Source of the DNA: an uncultured Actinomycetes bacterium
Lineage (GTDB): Bacteria > Actinomycetota > Actinomycetes > S36-B12 > CAIYMF01
Direction of reading: 5' to 3'
Assembly (NCBI GenBank): GCA_963781015.1
Contig: CAWAEB010000006.1
Coordinates: forward strand, 116,264-180,263
DNA: 64,000 nucleotides
A model generated the notes under the pieces. The model was not told the origin of the DNA and did not search any database. It was given only the letters and a program-made list of their open reading frames with translations. This document shows positions 24,049 through 33,584 of this stretch, piece after piece (the stretch's first letter is position 1; every line of letters starts with the position of its first letter). The position numbers and the translations under genes are program-made.

Positions 24049-24106
24049 GCTTCCCTTCTGCGGATGTGCTTCCCGAGTTTGGGAAGCGGATCCGCAGAAC
24101 GGAAGC
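24049..24106. repeat. 58-bp nested-palindrome repeat element, copy B
   Basis: Sequence GCTTCCCTTCTGCGGATGTGCTTCCCGAGTTTGGGAAGCGGATCCGCAGAACGGAAGC. It has an 18-bp stem (24057-24074 / 24081-24098) with one mismatch and one G-U pair. It is homologous to 6299-6356. It lies 17 bp after the CPBP stop and about 110 bp before the E1-alpha start. Confidence 0.75.
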
Positions 24107-24217
24107 GTCTGCAGGCGGCGGCGGGGCGGACGGGGGCGGAGCCGGGGGCTGCGGGTCTGCGCTCGTCGGCGGGACGGTGCGGCGGGTCGGTGCCACGATG
24201 GCGGTGGAGGTAGCGGC

Positions 24218-25303
24218 ATGGCGATCGACGGCGGACCCGAACTCGTCGGACTGCTCAGCCCTGAGGGCCAACTGGTCGAGCACCCGGGCTACGCCCTGAC
24301 CCTGTCCGACGAGCAGTGGCGCGCCCGCTACGAGGACCTGGTGATGGTGCGCCGCCTGGACACCGAGGCCACCGCGCTGCAACGACACGGGGAGCTCGGC
24401 CTCTGGGCGCCCTGCAACGGTCAGGAGGCGGCGCAGGTGGGCGCAGCCCGGGCCACCCGGCCAGCTGACCGGATCTTCCCGACCTACCGGGAGCACGGCA
24501 TGGCCTACGTGCGCGGGGTCGACCCAGTGACCCTGCTCGGACTCTTCCGCGGCACCACGATGGGCGGCTGGGACCCGGCCGAGCACGGCTTCAGCCTGTA
24601 CACGATCGTGATCGGCGACCAGACGTTGCACGCGGTCGGGTACGGCATGGGCATCCAGCGCGACGGCACCGACGACGCCGTTCTGGTCTGCTTCGGCGAT
24701 GGGGCCTCGTCCCAGGGTGACGTGGCCGAGGCGTTCGTGTTTGCGGCGGTCAATGACGCTCCGGTGGTGTTCTTCTGCCAGAACAACCAGTGGGCGATCT
24801 CCGAGCCCCTGGAGCGCCAGACCCGGATCCCCCTGTTCAAGCGCGCCGCCGGGTACGGGTTCCCTGGTGTGCGCGTGGATGGCAACGACGTGCTGGCTGT
24901 GGAGGCCGTCGTGACGGCGGCCCTGGACCGCGCACGGTCGGGCGGCGGGCCGACACTGGTCGAAGCGTTCACCTACCGGATGGGGGCGCACACGACCTCC
25001 GATGATCCGTCCCGCTACCGCACGACCGCCGAGGGCGAGGCGTGGAAGCTCAAGGACCCGATCGAGCGGGTGCGGGCACACATCGTCCGTTCCGGGATCG
25101 CCGACGCGGCGTTCCTCGCCGTGGTCGACTCTCGTGCTGAGGCGCTCGGCGAGCGCATGCGGGCCGCGTGCCGGGCGATGCCCGATCCGGCGCCGACCTC
25201 GATGTTCGACCACGTTTACGCCGACCAGCACCCAGCCGTGGATCGAGACCGCGCCTGGCTGAGCGCCTACCTGGCCGGGTTCACCGACGGGCGGGGGGCC
25301 TGA
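24218..25303 (+). CDS. 2-oxoacid (branched-chain / pyruvate) dehydrogenase E1 component alpha subunit
   Basis: GGTGGAGG (24203-24210) precedes the ATG at 24218 (MAIDGGPELV). It has the TPP-binding region CFGDGASSQGD...FFCQNNQWAIS. Confidence 0.9.
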   Translation: MAIDGGPELVGLLSPEGQLVEHPGYALTLSDEQWRARYEDLVMVRRLDTEATALQRHGELGLWAPCNGQEAAQVGAARATRPADRIFPTYREHGMAYVRGVDPVTLLGLFRGTTMGGWDPAEHGFSLYTIVIGDQTLHAVGYGMGIQRDGTDDAVLVCFGDGASSQGDVAEAFVFAAVNDAPVVFFCQNNQWAISEPLERQTRIPLFKRAAGYGFPGVRVDGNDVLAVEAVVTAALDRARSGGGPTLVEAFTYRMGAHTTSDDPSRYRTTAEGEAWKLKDPIERVRAHIVRSGIADAAFLAVVDSRAEALGERMRAACRAMPDPAPTSMFDHVYADQHPAVDRDRAWLSAYLAGFTDGRGA

Positions 25304-25304
25304 C

Positions 25305-26279
25305 ATGGCCGTGCTCACGATGGCCAGGGCCGTGAACGCGGGGCTGGCGGCTGCCCTGCGTGATGACCCGAAGGTGCTGCTGATGGGCGAGGACATCGGC
25401 CGGCTCGGCGGGGTGTTCCGGGTCACCGACGGGCTGCTGGCCCGCTTCGGCGAGGAGCGGGTCATCGACACACCGCTTGCCGAGAGCGGCATCATCGGGA
25501 CCGCGGCGGGGTTGGCGATGCGCGGCTACGCCCCAGTGTGCGAGATCCAGTTCGACGGGTTCATCTTCCCGGCGTTCGACCAGATCACCACCCAGGTGGC
25601 GCGCTTGCACCTGCGCTCGGCCGGGGCCCTGTCGATGCGGATCGTGATCCGGGTGCCCAGCGGCGGCGGGATCGGCGCGGTCGAGCACCATTCGGAGTCC
25701 CCCGAGGCCTACTTCGCGCACTCCCCCGGGCTGCGGATCGTGAGCCCCAGCGCACCCGCCGATGCGTTCATGATGATCCGCCAGGCAATCGCCCATCCTG
25801 ATCCGATCCTGTTCCTGGAGCCCAAGCGACGATACTGGGACAAGGCCGAGGTCGACGAGGGGGCACCGCTGGCCCCGCTGCCGGGGCTGTTCCGCGCCCG
25901 GGTGGTACGCCCGGGCCATGATGCGACGCTGCTGTGCTGGGGGCCGATGGTGCGGACCTGCCTGGACGCAGCCGAGGCCGACACCCGCGACCTCGAGGTG
26001 ATCGACGCCCGCAGCTTGGCGCCCCTGGACCTGCCGACGATCACGGAGTCGGTAGCTCGTACCGGGAGACTCATCGTGGTGCACGAGGCACCGGTGGTCG
26101 GCGGGCTCGGCGCGGAGATCGCCGCCTCCGTCTCCGCTGAGTGCTTCTACCAGTTGGAGGCGCCGGTGCTGCGGGTCGGCGGGTTCCACGCCCCCTACCC
26201 GCCCTCGAGGATCGAGGACATCTACCTGCCCGACCTCGACCGGATCCTGGAGGCGGTGGACCGTGCGATGGCCTATTGA
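25305..26279 (+). CDS. 2-oxoacid dehydrogenase E1 component beta subunit
   Basis: 324-aa ORF reading GEDIGRLGGVFRVTDGL...DTPLAESGIIG...CEIQFDGF. Confidence 0.95.
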   Translation: MAVLTMARAVNAGLAAALRDDPKVLLMGEDIGRLGGVFRVTDGLLARFGEERVIDTPLAESGIIGTAAGLAMRGYAPVCEIQFDGFIFPAFDQITTQVARLHLRSAGALSMRIVIRVPSGGGIGAVEHHSESPEAYFAHSPGLRIVSPSAPADAFMMIRQAIAHPDPILFLEPKRRYWDKAEVDEGAPLAPLPGLFRARVVRPGHDATLLCWGPMVRTCLDAAEADTRDLEVIDARSLAPLDLPTITESVARTGRLIVVHEAPVVGGLGAEIAASVSAECFYQLEAPVLRVGGFHAPYPPSRIEDIYLPDLDRILEAVDRAMAY

Positions 26280-26311
26280 CACCTCAGGCACCGAGCAACG
26301 GAGGAGGAGCC

Positions 26312-27892
26312 ATGCTGCGTGAGTTCCGGATGCCCGATGCCGGCGAGGGCCTGACCGAGGCGGAGGTGCTCGGCTGGCGCGTCGCGGTCGGTGACATGGT
26401 GACCGTCAACCAGGTGCTGCTGGAGGTGGAGACCGCCAAGGCGGCTGTGGAGCTGCCCAGCCCCTATGCCGGCCGAGTCGTGGAACTGCTGGCCGAGGCC
26501 GGGCAGGTCGTTCCGGTGGGTCAGCCCATCATCCGGATCGACGAGCCCGGGAGTTCCGGAGAGGAGCCCGGATCGGGTTCGACGGCCAGCGGCTCGGCGG
26601 CGCCAGCAACCGGTGGTGCGGTGACAGATGGTGCGGTGAGCGATGGTGCGGCCGGGGCGGTCGCGGGTCACGCTGGTCCGGTCGGATCTGGGCAAGCCCG
26701 AGCAGAGGAGCACCAGGGCAGCGGCGGGGGTGCCGCTGCACGCGGCGGTGCGGCGACGAGTGAGGCTGCAGCCGGTGGTGGGGGTGCGGCAACGGGCGAG
26801 GCACGTGAGGCCGTCCTGGTGGGCTATGGGGTCAGGCCGGGGCAGACCCCCAAGCGACGCCCGCGGGCGACCCCACACGGCGCCGACCACGTCGAGGCCG
26901 GGCCACCGGGTGAGCCTGCCCGCCCGGTCCGACTCGGTGGACTCGAGTTGGGACGCGGGACCGAGCGCCGCCTCGGCGCGGACCAGGTCCGGGCGAAGCC
27001 ACCGGTGCGCCGTCTGGCCCGGGACCTCGGAGTCGACCTGGCCAGCGTGGCACCCACGGGGACGGGCGCCACGATCACGCACGCCGACGTCCAGCGCGCC
27101 GCGCAGGCCACCACGGGTGTCACGTCGCGGCCGTCGGGCGCGAAGGCCCTTGTGGGCCAGACGAGAGCTGCGCCCGACCGGGCCATGCCCGACGCGGACG
27201 AGATCGTTCCGCGCTCGCACGTCGCCCGGATGATGGCCCAGGCGATGACTGCCTCGGCGTTCACCGCCGCGCACGTCACGGAGTGGGTTGACGTGGATGT
27301 CAGCGCGATGAGCGCGCTGATCCGGTTGGCGCGGGAGCGCCCCGACCTGGCTGGCCTGTCCATGACCCCGCTGACGTTCGCGGCCCTGGGACTCGTTCGC
27401 GCGGCGCGGGCGCATCCGATCGTCAACGCCAGCCTGGACGGCACCGGGGAGAACCTGGTCGTGCACGGCGACGTGCACCTGGGAATCGCGGTTGACTCCC
27501 CCCGCGGCCTGATCGTGCCGAGGATCGTCGCCGCGCAGGGTCTCGACCTGCGCGGGATGGGCCAGGCCCTGGCGCACCTGATCGAGACCGCCCGGGCAGG
27601 GAGGTCACGACCCGAGGACCTGCGCGGCTCGACAATCACGATCACGAATGTCGGCGTGTTCGGGGTGGACGGCGGCACACCGATCCTCAACCCGGGGGAG
27701 GTCGCGATCCTGGCCCTGGGTCGAGTTCTCCCTCGCCCGTGGGTCATCGATGGTCGCGTGGACGTGCGTGATGTGGTGACGCTCTCGCTGTCCTTCGATC
27801 ATCGGGTGGTCGACGGTGCGCTGGGTTCGCGGGTGCTCCGCGAGGTCGCAGACTTCATGGCCGATCCCGCCGCTGCCCTGGCGCTGGGCTGA
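26312..27892 (+). CDS. dihydrolipoamide acyltransferase E2 component
   Basis: GGAGGAGGAG precedes the ATG at 26312. Elements present: lipoyl domain (LLEVETAKAAVELPSPYAG), a long Gly/Ala/Ser linker, a peripheral-subunit-binding domain (PPVRRLARDLGVDL) and the catalytic motif SFDHRVVDGA. Confidence 0.9.
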   Translation: MLREFRMPDAGEGLTEAEVLGWRVAVGDMVTVNQVLLEVETAKAAVELPSPYAGRVVELLAEAGQVVPVGQPIIRIDEPGSSGEEPGSGSTASGSAAPATGGAVTDGAVSDGAAGAVAGHAGPVGSGQARAEEHQGSGGGAAARGGAATSEAAAGGGGAATGEAREAVLVGYGVRPGQTPKRRPRATPHGADHVEAGPPGEPARPVRLGGLELGRGTERRLGADQVRAKPPVRRLARDLGVDLASVAPTGTGATITHADVQRAAQATTGVTSRPSGAKALVGQTRAAPDRAMPDADEIVPRSHVARMMAQAMTASAFTAAHVTEWVDVDVSAMSALIRLARERPDLAGLSMTPLTFAALGLVRAARAHPIVNASLDGTGENLVVHGDVHLGIAVDSPRGLIVPRIVAAQGLDLRGMGQALAHLIETARAGRSRPEDLRGSTITITNVGVFGVDGGTPILNPGEVAILALGRVLPRPWVIDGRVDVRDVVTLSLSFDHRVVDGALGSRVLREVADFMADPAAALALG

Positions 27893-28002
27893 TCCAGGCA
27901 ATGGCCAGCGCGCCCGTGTGACCGGTAGGCGTCGCGTGGACCAGACCGCAGCTGGTGCCCTGCGTGCGGTTCAGGACGAGTGGGCCTGCGCGGTGGACGA
28001 GC

Positions 28003-31000
28003 TCAGGCGAGGACCTCGACGACGGACGGTCCGTCGCGACGGACCCTGCGGATGGTCAGCCGCTCGCTGATCCGTTCCTTGAGGTCGGGCACATGGCTGA
28101 CGATGCCGACCACCCGACCGTTGCCGCGCAGGTCATCGATGACGGCCATCACGTCGTCGAGCGTGTCTGCATCGAGGCTGCCGAACCCCTCGTCGATGAA
28201 CAGCGTGTCGAGTTGGGCACCGCCGGCCTGGGCCACGACCACGTCGGTCAGGCCGAGCGCGAGCGCCAGTGACGTGTAGAACGTCTCCCCGCCGGACAGC
28301 GTGCCAGGATTGCGCTCCTTGCCGGTGTGCCGGTCGAGCACCGAGATCCCCAGACCTACCCGGGCGTCCCGGCGCGACCCGCTGTCGGTCCGAACGAGCT
28401 GGTACTTGCCGGCGGACATCTCCGCGAGGCGCAGGTTGGCCGCCGCCACCACCTGCTCGAACCAGTAGCGCAGCACGAACGTGGCCAGCGGCATCCGCGG
28501 ATCGCCGGCCATGCCGCGGGCGTACTGGTCCAGGGTGCGTGCCTCGTGCGCTGCGTCGGCCAGCACGGACTGCTCCTCCGCGGCGGTCCGGACCTCATCC
28601 AGCCGGGCGGCGAACCGCTCCTGTGTGCGAGCCGCGACCGAATGCTGGGCATGCGCGGACTGCGCGGACGCGCTCGTGCGGCTGCGCGCGGATTCCAGGG
28701 CTGCGACCCGGGCCAGCACGTCGGCTGTGCTGAGGTCGGCGACCTCGACCAGTTCGGGCTCGGCGATCTGGGCCCGGGCCGTTGCCACCTCCCGGTCGAA
28801 CTGCGCGACGACTTCCTGGAGGGCCCGCAGGTCGTCCGGCTCGAGGATCGCAGCCCGGGCGGCCTCCAGATCGGCGAAGCCGGATGCGGCTGCCTCGCCC
28901 GACGCGCTGGCGAGCGCCTCGGCATGTCGATCCGCCGCCCGCTCGACCTGGGCCAGCGCCTGGCCGAGGTCCGCCCACTGCTGGGCCGACTGCGACAGGT
29001 GCGCCACCCGGGCCCCCACCGTGGGGAAACCGTCGCGGCCATCGCGGACACGCGCCCCGGCGGTGTCGACCTGCGCCTGGACGGAGTCGATCCGGGCAAC
29101 GAGCGCAGCAACCTGCGCACCGAGACTCGCCGCATCCGTTCGGGCAGCCTGCTCCGCCCCGACCAGGCGATCGAGCTCCTCGGCCAGCCCGGGCAACGAC
29201 TCCCGCGCCCGGCTGCCCGTGTCCACGAGTTCGCCGAGTTCGGCGCACACGGCGTCCCACTCCTGGGCCGTGTGGTCATCTGCCTCACGACGGGCGCTGG
29301 CCAGCTCCGCGTCGAGCTGAATCACCAGTCGGTCGGCCTCGTCGAGCACATGCCGAGCCTCGTCGCGTGCCGCCGCTGTGTCCCGGAGATGCTGCTCGCT
29401 GACCCCGTGCGCCGACCCCGACGCCGGTGCCGGGTGCTCGACCGAGCCGCACACCCCGCATGGATCCCCAACGGCCAGCTGGCTGGCGATCTCGACCCGC
29501 AGGTCCGTCATTCGCGTCGAGAGCAGGAGGTCGTGCTCGTCGGCTGCCGCCCCTACGGCCCGCTTGGCCTCCCGTGCCTGCTGCTTGGCATTCTCGAGCT
29601 CCGGTTCGAGTGCCTGCACCCGCCGGGCAGCCTCGGTCTGTCGCCGCGCTGTGGCGAGCAGGCTGGTCGCACCGCTGGCACGCTCGACCGTCACCCGCGC
29701 GGCGTCGATCTGGGCCCGCGCACCGGTGACCTGGCCAGGCAACTCGCCGGAGAGGCGAACGGCTGAGTCCAGTGCGGCCCCGAGGTCGGCACGGGACTGC
29801 CGGTCACTGACCAGTGCCTCCTCCTGATCAGCCAGGGACTGCTCTGCCTCGACGAGGTGCACCAGGCCCGCAGCTGTCGCGCGCAGGTCCTGGGCGCGCT
29901 GCGTGGCCTGCTCGGACGACGAGGCGAGGTCGCCCCCGAGGCCGACGCAGACCGAGCCGGCCTGTTCGGCGCCCACCGCCCCGGATGCGCCCGCCGACGG
30001 GGCATCCGCCAGGACGGCTGACTGCAGGGACTCCAGAGCCGCACGTCGGCCTGCCAGGTCGGCGCTGCAGGCTTCCGCGATCTGCAGCAGCGGGCGGACT
30101 GCACGCGCGCGCTGGGCCGCGACCAGCCGCTCGCCGCACTCCTCGTGCGCCGACCGCTGCACCTCCAGTGCGGCCAGGGCCTCCCGGATCCCGGTCAGCC
30201 GGGTGACGCGGGCGGCCAGATCCGAGGCCGTGGCCAGATCCCTGCGCGCTGCCAGCTCTGCTTCCGTCGCCGCCCGCAGCGCCTCGGCTGCTGCCTGCGC
30301 TTCGGCAGACACCTGCACCCCCGACACCTCGAGCTGGGCGAGAAGGCGCATTCCATCGAGTTTCGCGAGCTGCGCGACCACAGCGTCGCTGAGACCCGCG
30401 GCCTCGCAGGCCGCGGCCACACGAGCCTCCAGGGCGCTGTCAGCCACGTCCAGCACGCGTCCGGCCTCCTGGGCACGGTCGCGCAGCTGCGCGGTGATCC
30501 GGTCGAAGAACTCCGTGCCGAACAGTGTGACCAGCACGCCCTTGCGGGCGTCGTCGTCGGCACGCAGGAAGGTGGCGAACTCGCCCTGCGGCAACAGGAC
30601 GACCTGGCGGAACTGGGCGCGATTCAGGCCCACCAACTCACCGATCAGGGTGCCGACCTCGTCCTTGGCGTGCGACTGGCTGACCCAGCTGCCGTCAACC
30701 CACTGCTGCAGGTGCACCGCGGACTTCTCCCTGGTGGAACCGCCGCCCCGCTTCTTCAGCCGCAGGTACTCCGGGGATCGGGTCACCCGATACCGGGCGC
30801 CGCGCACCGAGAACTCGCACGTTACCTCGGGCCGCTCATCGGGTGCGGCGAAGTCCGAACGCATCCGGGCTGCATCCCCGGATTCGCTTGCCAGACCGCC
30901 GTAGAGCGCGAACGTGAGCGCGTCCAGGATCGTCGTCTTGCCGACTCCGGTCGGGCCCTCGAACAGGAACAGCCCGCCTGCGCTGAGCCGGTCGAAGTCG

Positions 31001-31059
31001 ATGACCTGCTCGTCGGCGAAAGGCCCGACGGCTCGCAACCGGAGCTCATGCAGGCGCAT
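28003..31059 (-). CDS. sbcC: SbcC-type SMC-like ATPase (exonuclease SbcCD subunit C)
   Basis: 1018-aa ORF. Motifs present: Walker A GPTGVGKTT, long coiled-coil, zinc hook DPCGVCGS, signature LSGGETF and Walker B LFIDEGFGSLD. Confidence 0.85.
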   Translation of the reverse strand: MRLHELRLRAVGPFADEQVIDFDRLSAGGLFLFEGPTGVGKTTILDALTFALYGGLASESGDAARMRSDFAAPDERPEVTCEFSVRGARYRVTRSPEYLRLKKRGGGSTREKSAVHLQQWVDGSWVSQSHAKDEVGTLIGELVGLNRAQFRQVVLLPQGEFATFLRADDDARKGVLVTLFGTEFFDRITAQLRDRAQEAGRVLDVADSALEARVAAACEAAGLSDAVVAQLAKLDGMRLLAQLEVSGVQVSAEAQAAAEALRAATEAELAARRDLATASDLAARVTRLTGIREALAALEVQRSAHEECGERLVAAQRARAVRPLLQIAEACSADLAGRRAALESLQSAVLADAPSAGASGAVGAEQAGSVCVGLGGDLASSSEQATQRAQDLRATAAGLVHLVEAEQSLADQEEALVSDRQSRADLGAALDSAVRLSGELPGQVTGARAQIDAARVTVERASGATSLLATARRQTEAARRVQALEPELENAKQQAREAKRAVGAAADEHDLLLSTRMTDLRVEIASQLAVGDPCGVCGSVEHPAPASGSAHGVSEQHLRDTAAARDEARHVLDEADRLVIQLDAELASARREADDHTAQEWDAVCAELGELVDTGSRARESLPGLAEELDRLVGAEQAARTDAASLGAQVAALVARIDSVQAQVDTAGARVRDGRDGFPTVGARVAHLSQSAQQWADLGQALAQVERAADRHAEALASASGEAAASGFADLEAARAAILEPDDLRALQEVVAQFDREVATARAQIAEPELVEVADLSTADVLARVAALESARSRTSASAQSAHAQHSVAARTQERFAARLDEVRTAAEEQSVLADAAHEARTLDQYARGMAGDPRMPLATFVLRYWFEQVVAAANLRLAEMSAGKYQLVRTDSGSRRDARVGLGISVLDRHTGKERNPGTLSGGETFYTSLALALGLTDVVVAQAGGAQLDTLFIDEGFGSLDADTLDDVMAVIDDLRGNGRVVGIVSHVPDLKERISERLTIRRVRRDGPSVVEVLA

Positions 31060-32222
31060 CAGGCCACCGACTCCGCCCGGGTCGCGGCACCGACAGCCTG
31101 GGTGAGGAGCTGCCTCTGGACCTCGGTCACCTCGGTCCCGGACACCTCAGCAACGAATTCGGCGCAGATCTGGACGGGATCGCTGGCTTCGGTGTACCGG
31201 CGTGGACCGGTGCTCGCAGCAGCCTCACGGTCAGGCTCGAACTCCAGGACGAGCGTGTGTGGCCAGACCTGGCGCAACCGGTCCATCGGGTTGGGCACCC
31301 GGCCCGGGTCGGTCAGCACCACCTTCACCCACGCGTCAGCCAGGTGCGCCAGATCTCCGTCGGCGCGGGCGATCAGCTCCTCAAGCCGGCCGGACACCTG
31401 AACCAGCGGGCGGGGCACCGGGGTGGCAACCCGGCGCAGCGCCACGGAACCCGCAGCATCGATGTCCACGACGCTGACCGATGTCTCGTGCGCGCGCTCG
31501 GAGAAGGAGAAGGCGAGCGGGGATCCCGAGTAGGACAGCTGCGTCGGCGAACCCGACAGGGCGATCCGCTGTGGCCGATGCAGGTGGCCCAGAGCCACAT
31601 AGGTCAGGCCGTCGAACACCGAGGCCGGGGTGTCCCCAACTCCGCCGACCCTGATCTCCCGCTCGGATTCCGTGGCCGCGCCACCGGTGACGAACGCGTG
31701 GGCCATCACGACGACTCGGTCGAGGGAGCGCTGTTCGGCGTCGACGCGAATGCTCTGCACCACATGCCCGAGCACAGCCGCGTGCGACCTCTCGACGGCC
31801 AACTCGGCCATCACCGAATCGGGCAGCAGGAACGGGATCGCGTACACCCCGACGGGACCAGCGGCATCGGACAGGACCACCGGCTCCCGGACCTGGGCGA
31901 TCTCAGTGCGCAGATGGATCCCGGTCGCGGCAAGGACTTCGCCGGCGTACTGGAGGCGAACAGCACTGTCATGATTGCCACTGGAGATGACCAACGGGAT
32001 ACCGGCCCGGACGAAAGCCGCCAAGGTGCGGTCCATGAGCCGCACCGCGTCGGCACCCGGCTGCGCACGGTCGTACACGTCGCCGCTGACCAGCACGGCG
32101 TCAACCTGCTCAGCACCGGCCAGCTCAACCAACCAGTCGAGGAACTCAGCCTGATGGGCCAGCAGGTCCTCCCCGTGCAGCCGACGGCCCAGGTGCCAGT
32201 CGGAGGTGTGCAGCAATCTCAT
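31059..32222 (-). CDS. sbcD: exonuclease SbcCD subunit D (Mre11-like nuclease)
   Basis: The start is taken at the ATG at 32222 (MRLLHTSDWHLGRRLHG). It has phosphoesterase motifs SGDVYD, SGNHDS and GHLH. There is a 1-nt stop/start overlap with sbcC. Confidence 0.9.
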   Translation of the reverse strand: MRLLHTSDWHLGRRLHGEDLLAHQAEFLDWLVELAGAEQVDAVLVSGDVYDRAQPGADAVRLMDRTLAAFVRAGIPLVISSGNHDSAVRLQYAGEVLAATGIHLRTEIAQVREPVVLSDAAGPVGVYAIPFLLPDSVMAELAVERSHAAVLGHVVQSIRVDAEQRSLDRVVVMAHAFVTGGAATESEREIRVGGVGDTPASVFDGLTYVALGHLHRPQRIALSGSPTQLSYSGSPLAFSFSERAHETSVSVVDIDAAGSVALRRVATPVPRPLVQVSGRLEELIARADGDLAHLADAWVKVVLTDPGRVPNPMDRLRQVWPHTLVLEFEPDREAAASTGPRRYTEASDPVQICAEFVAEVSGTEVTEVQRQLLTQAVGAATRAESVA

Positions 32223-32338
32223 GGACGACACCCTGACACGGGGGTCTGACACAGCGATCGAGACTCGCGGTGCCACCCGGATGTCATCGACAGATCTGTG
32301 CAGGCCCACCGGGGGATCCCCCGACTCGGGCCGGCCCG

Positions 32339-33517
32339 ATGTCTGATCTCGGCGCTACGCTGCCCGCGGAGGTGCTCATGACCGACGAGGATGCGCGACG
32401 CGCAGGTGAACGGAGCCTCCGGACCGCCCGGATGGGCAGCCTGCTTCTGCATGACGCGCCCGCGGATCGCCGCACGATCCCCCAGGTCGTCGAATGGTTG
32501 GGCGCCATGCAGGGTCAGGACTTCGCCAGTGTGCAGTGGTCACTGGGGGTGCGAACGGGGGCCGACCGCGAGCACGTGGTCCGAGCATTCGACTCAGGCG
32601 ACATCCTGCGTACCTGGCCGATGCGTGGCACGCTGCATGTGGTTCCCGGCCGAGATGCGCGTTGGATGCTCGAGCACCTGGGCGCACGCGCCCTGGCCGG
32701 AGCAGCCCGGCGGCGCGAGGTCCTGGGTCTGGCCGCATCTGACGCGGACCGTGCGGCTGACGTGCTGGGCGCTGCCCTGGTGGGGGGCAGGGTGCTCACC
32801 CGGGCCGAATGCGTCGAAGTGCTGGAGTCCGCGGGCATTCCCGCAGCCGGTCAGCGTGCCTACCACCTGCTCTGGTACGCCAGCCAGAAGGGGATCACCT
32901 GCATCGGACCGTCCCGGGGCAAGGAGCAGACCTTCGTACTCCTCGACGACTTCGCCCCGCCTGGTCCGGCGCTGGACCGGCCGACGGCGCTGGCAGAGAC
33001 TGCTGCACGCTTCGTACGCGGCCACGGCCCGGTCAGTGCGCATGACCTGGCCCGCTGGGCAGACCTGACCCTGACCGACGCCCGCACGGGCCTGGCCTCG
33101 GTGCCCGGGCTCACGACACGCACGTTCGACGGTCGCGACCTGCACGTCACCGAGGAGCACCTTGACACGCACGGTGCGGGATCGACCGGCTCCGCAGGAC
33201 CACTGCCTGCCCGCGCCCTGCCCGGCTTCGACGAGTTCGTCCTCGGCTACCGCGACCGAACGGCACAACTCGACGCCGAGCACGAGCGCCTGGTCGTGCC
33301 CGGCGGCAACGGGATGTTCGCCAACACGATGGTTGTCGACGGCCGCGTGGTCGGCACCTGGCGCCGGCGCGAGCTGACCCGCAGCGTCCAGGTCACCGCC
33401 ACGCCGTTCCACCAGCTGCGCACACGGGACCGGCAGGACCTCGAACCCGCGCTTGCCAGCTACGCCGAGTTCCTCGGCAAGCCCGCCCGGATCGACTGGT
33501 CGGAGCCGGTGGGCTGA
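32339..33517 (+). CDS. winged-helix HTH_42 (DUF1006) protein, AlkZ/YcaQ-like DNA glycosylase family
   Basis: The segment VVEWLGAMQGQDFASVQWSLGVRT...ILRTWPMRGTLHVVP matches the family hallmark (l-Q-a-Q-d...R; RgTlH). The start is uncertain: ATG at 32339 or at 32378. Confidence 0.7.
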   Translation: MSDLGATLPAEVLMTDEDARRAGERSLRTARMGSLLLHDAPADRRTIPQVVEWLGAMQGQDFASVQWSLGVRTGADREHVVRAFDSGDILRTWPMRGTLHVVPGRDARWMLEHLGARALAGAARRREVLGLAASDADRAADVLGAALVGGRVLTRAECVEVLESAGIPAAGQRAYHLLWYASQKGITCIGPSRGKEQTFVLLDDFAPPGPALDRPTALAETAARFVRGHGPVSAHDLARWADLTLTDARTGLASVPGLTTRTFDGRDLHVTEEHLDTHGAGSTGSAGPLPARALPGFDEFVLGYRDRTAQLDAEHERLVVPGGNGMFANTMVVDGRVVGTWRRRELTRSVQVTATPFHQLRTRDRQDLEPALASYAEFLGKPARIDWSEPVG

Positions 33518-33584
33518 GCCGGTGGGTTGGGCAGGGGTCCGGGATCAACCTGCATGTAGTCGCCCGCTGGCCCACAATGGCCGG

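Noticed and set aside
28003-32222. sbcCD considered as part of an anti-phage defence system (SMC-like ATPase plus nuclease pairs occur in several such systems).
   Set aside because: The architecture is canonical housekeeping SbcCD: a full-length coiled coil with a CxxC zinc hook, an Mre11-type SbcD, and overlapping genes. There are no additional defence-associated genes, and the neighbours are repair genes.
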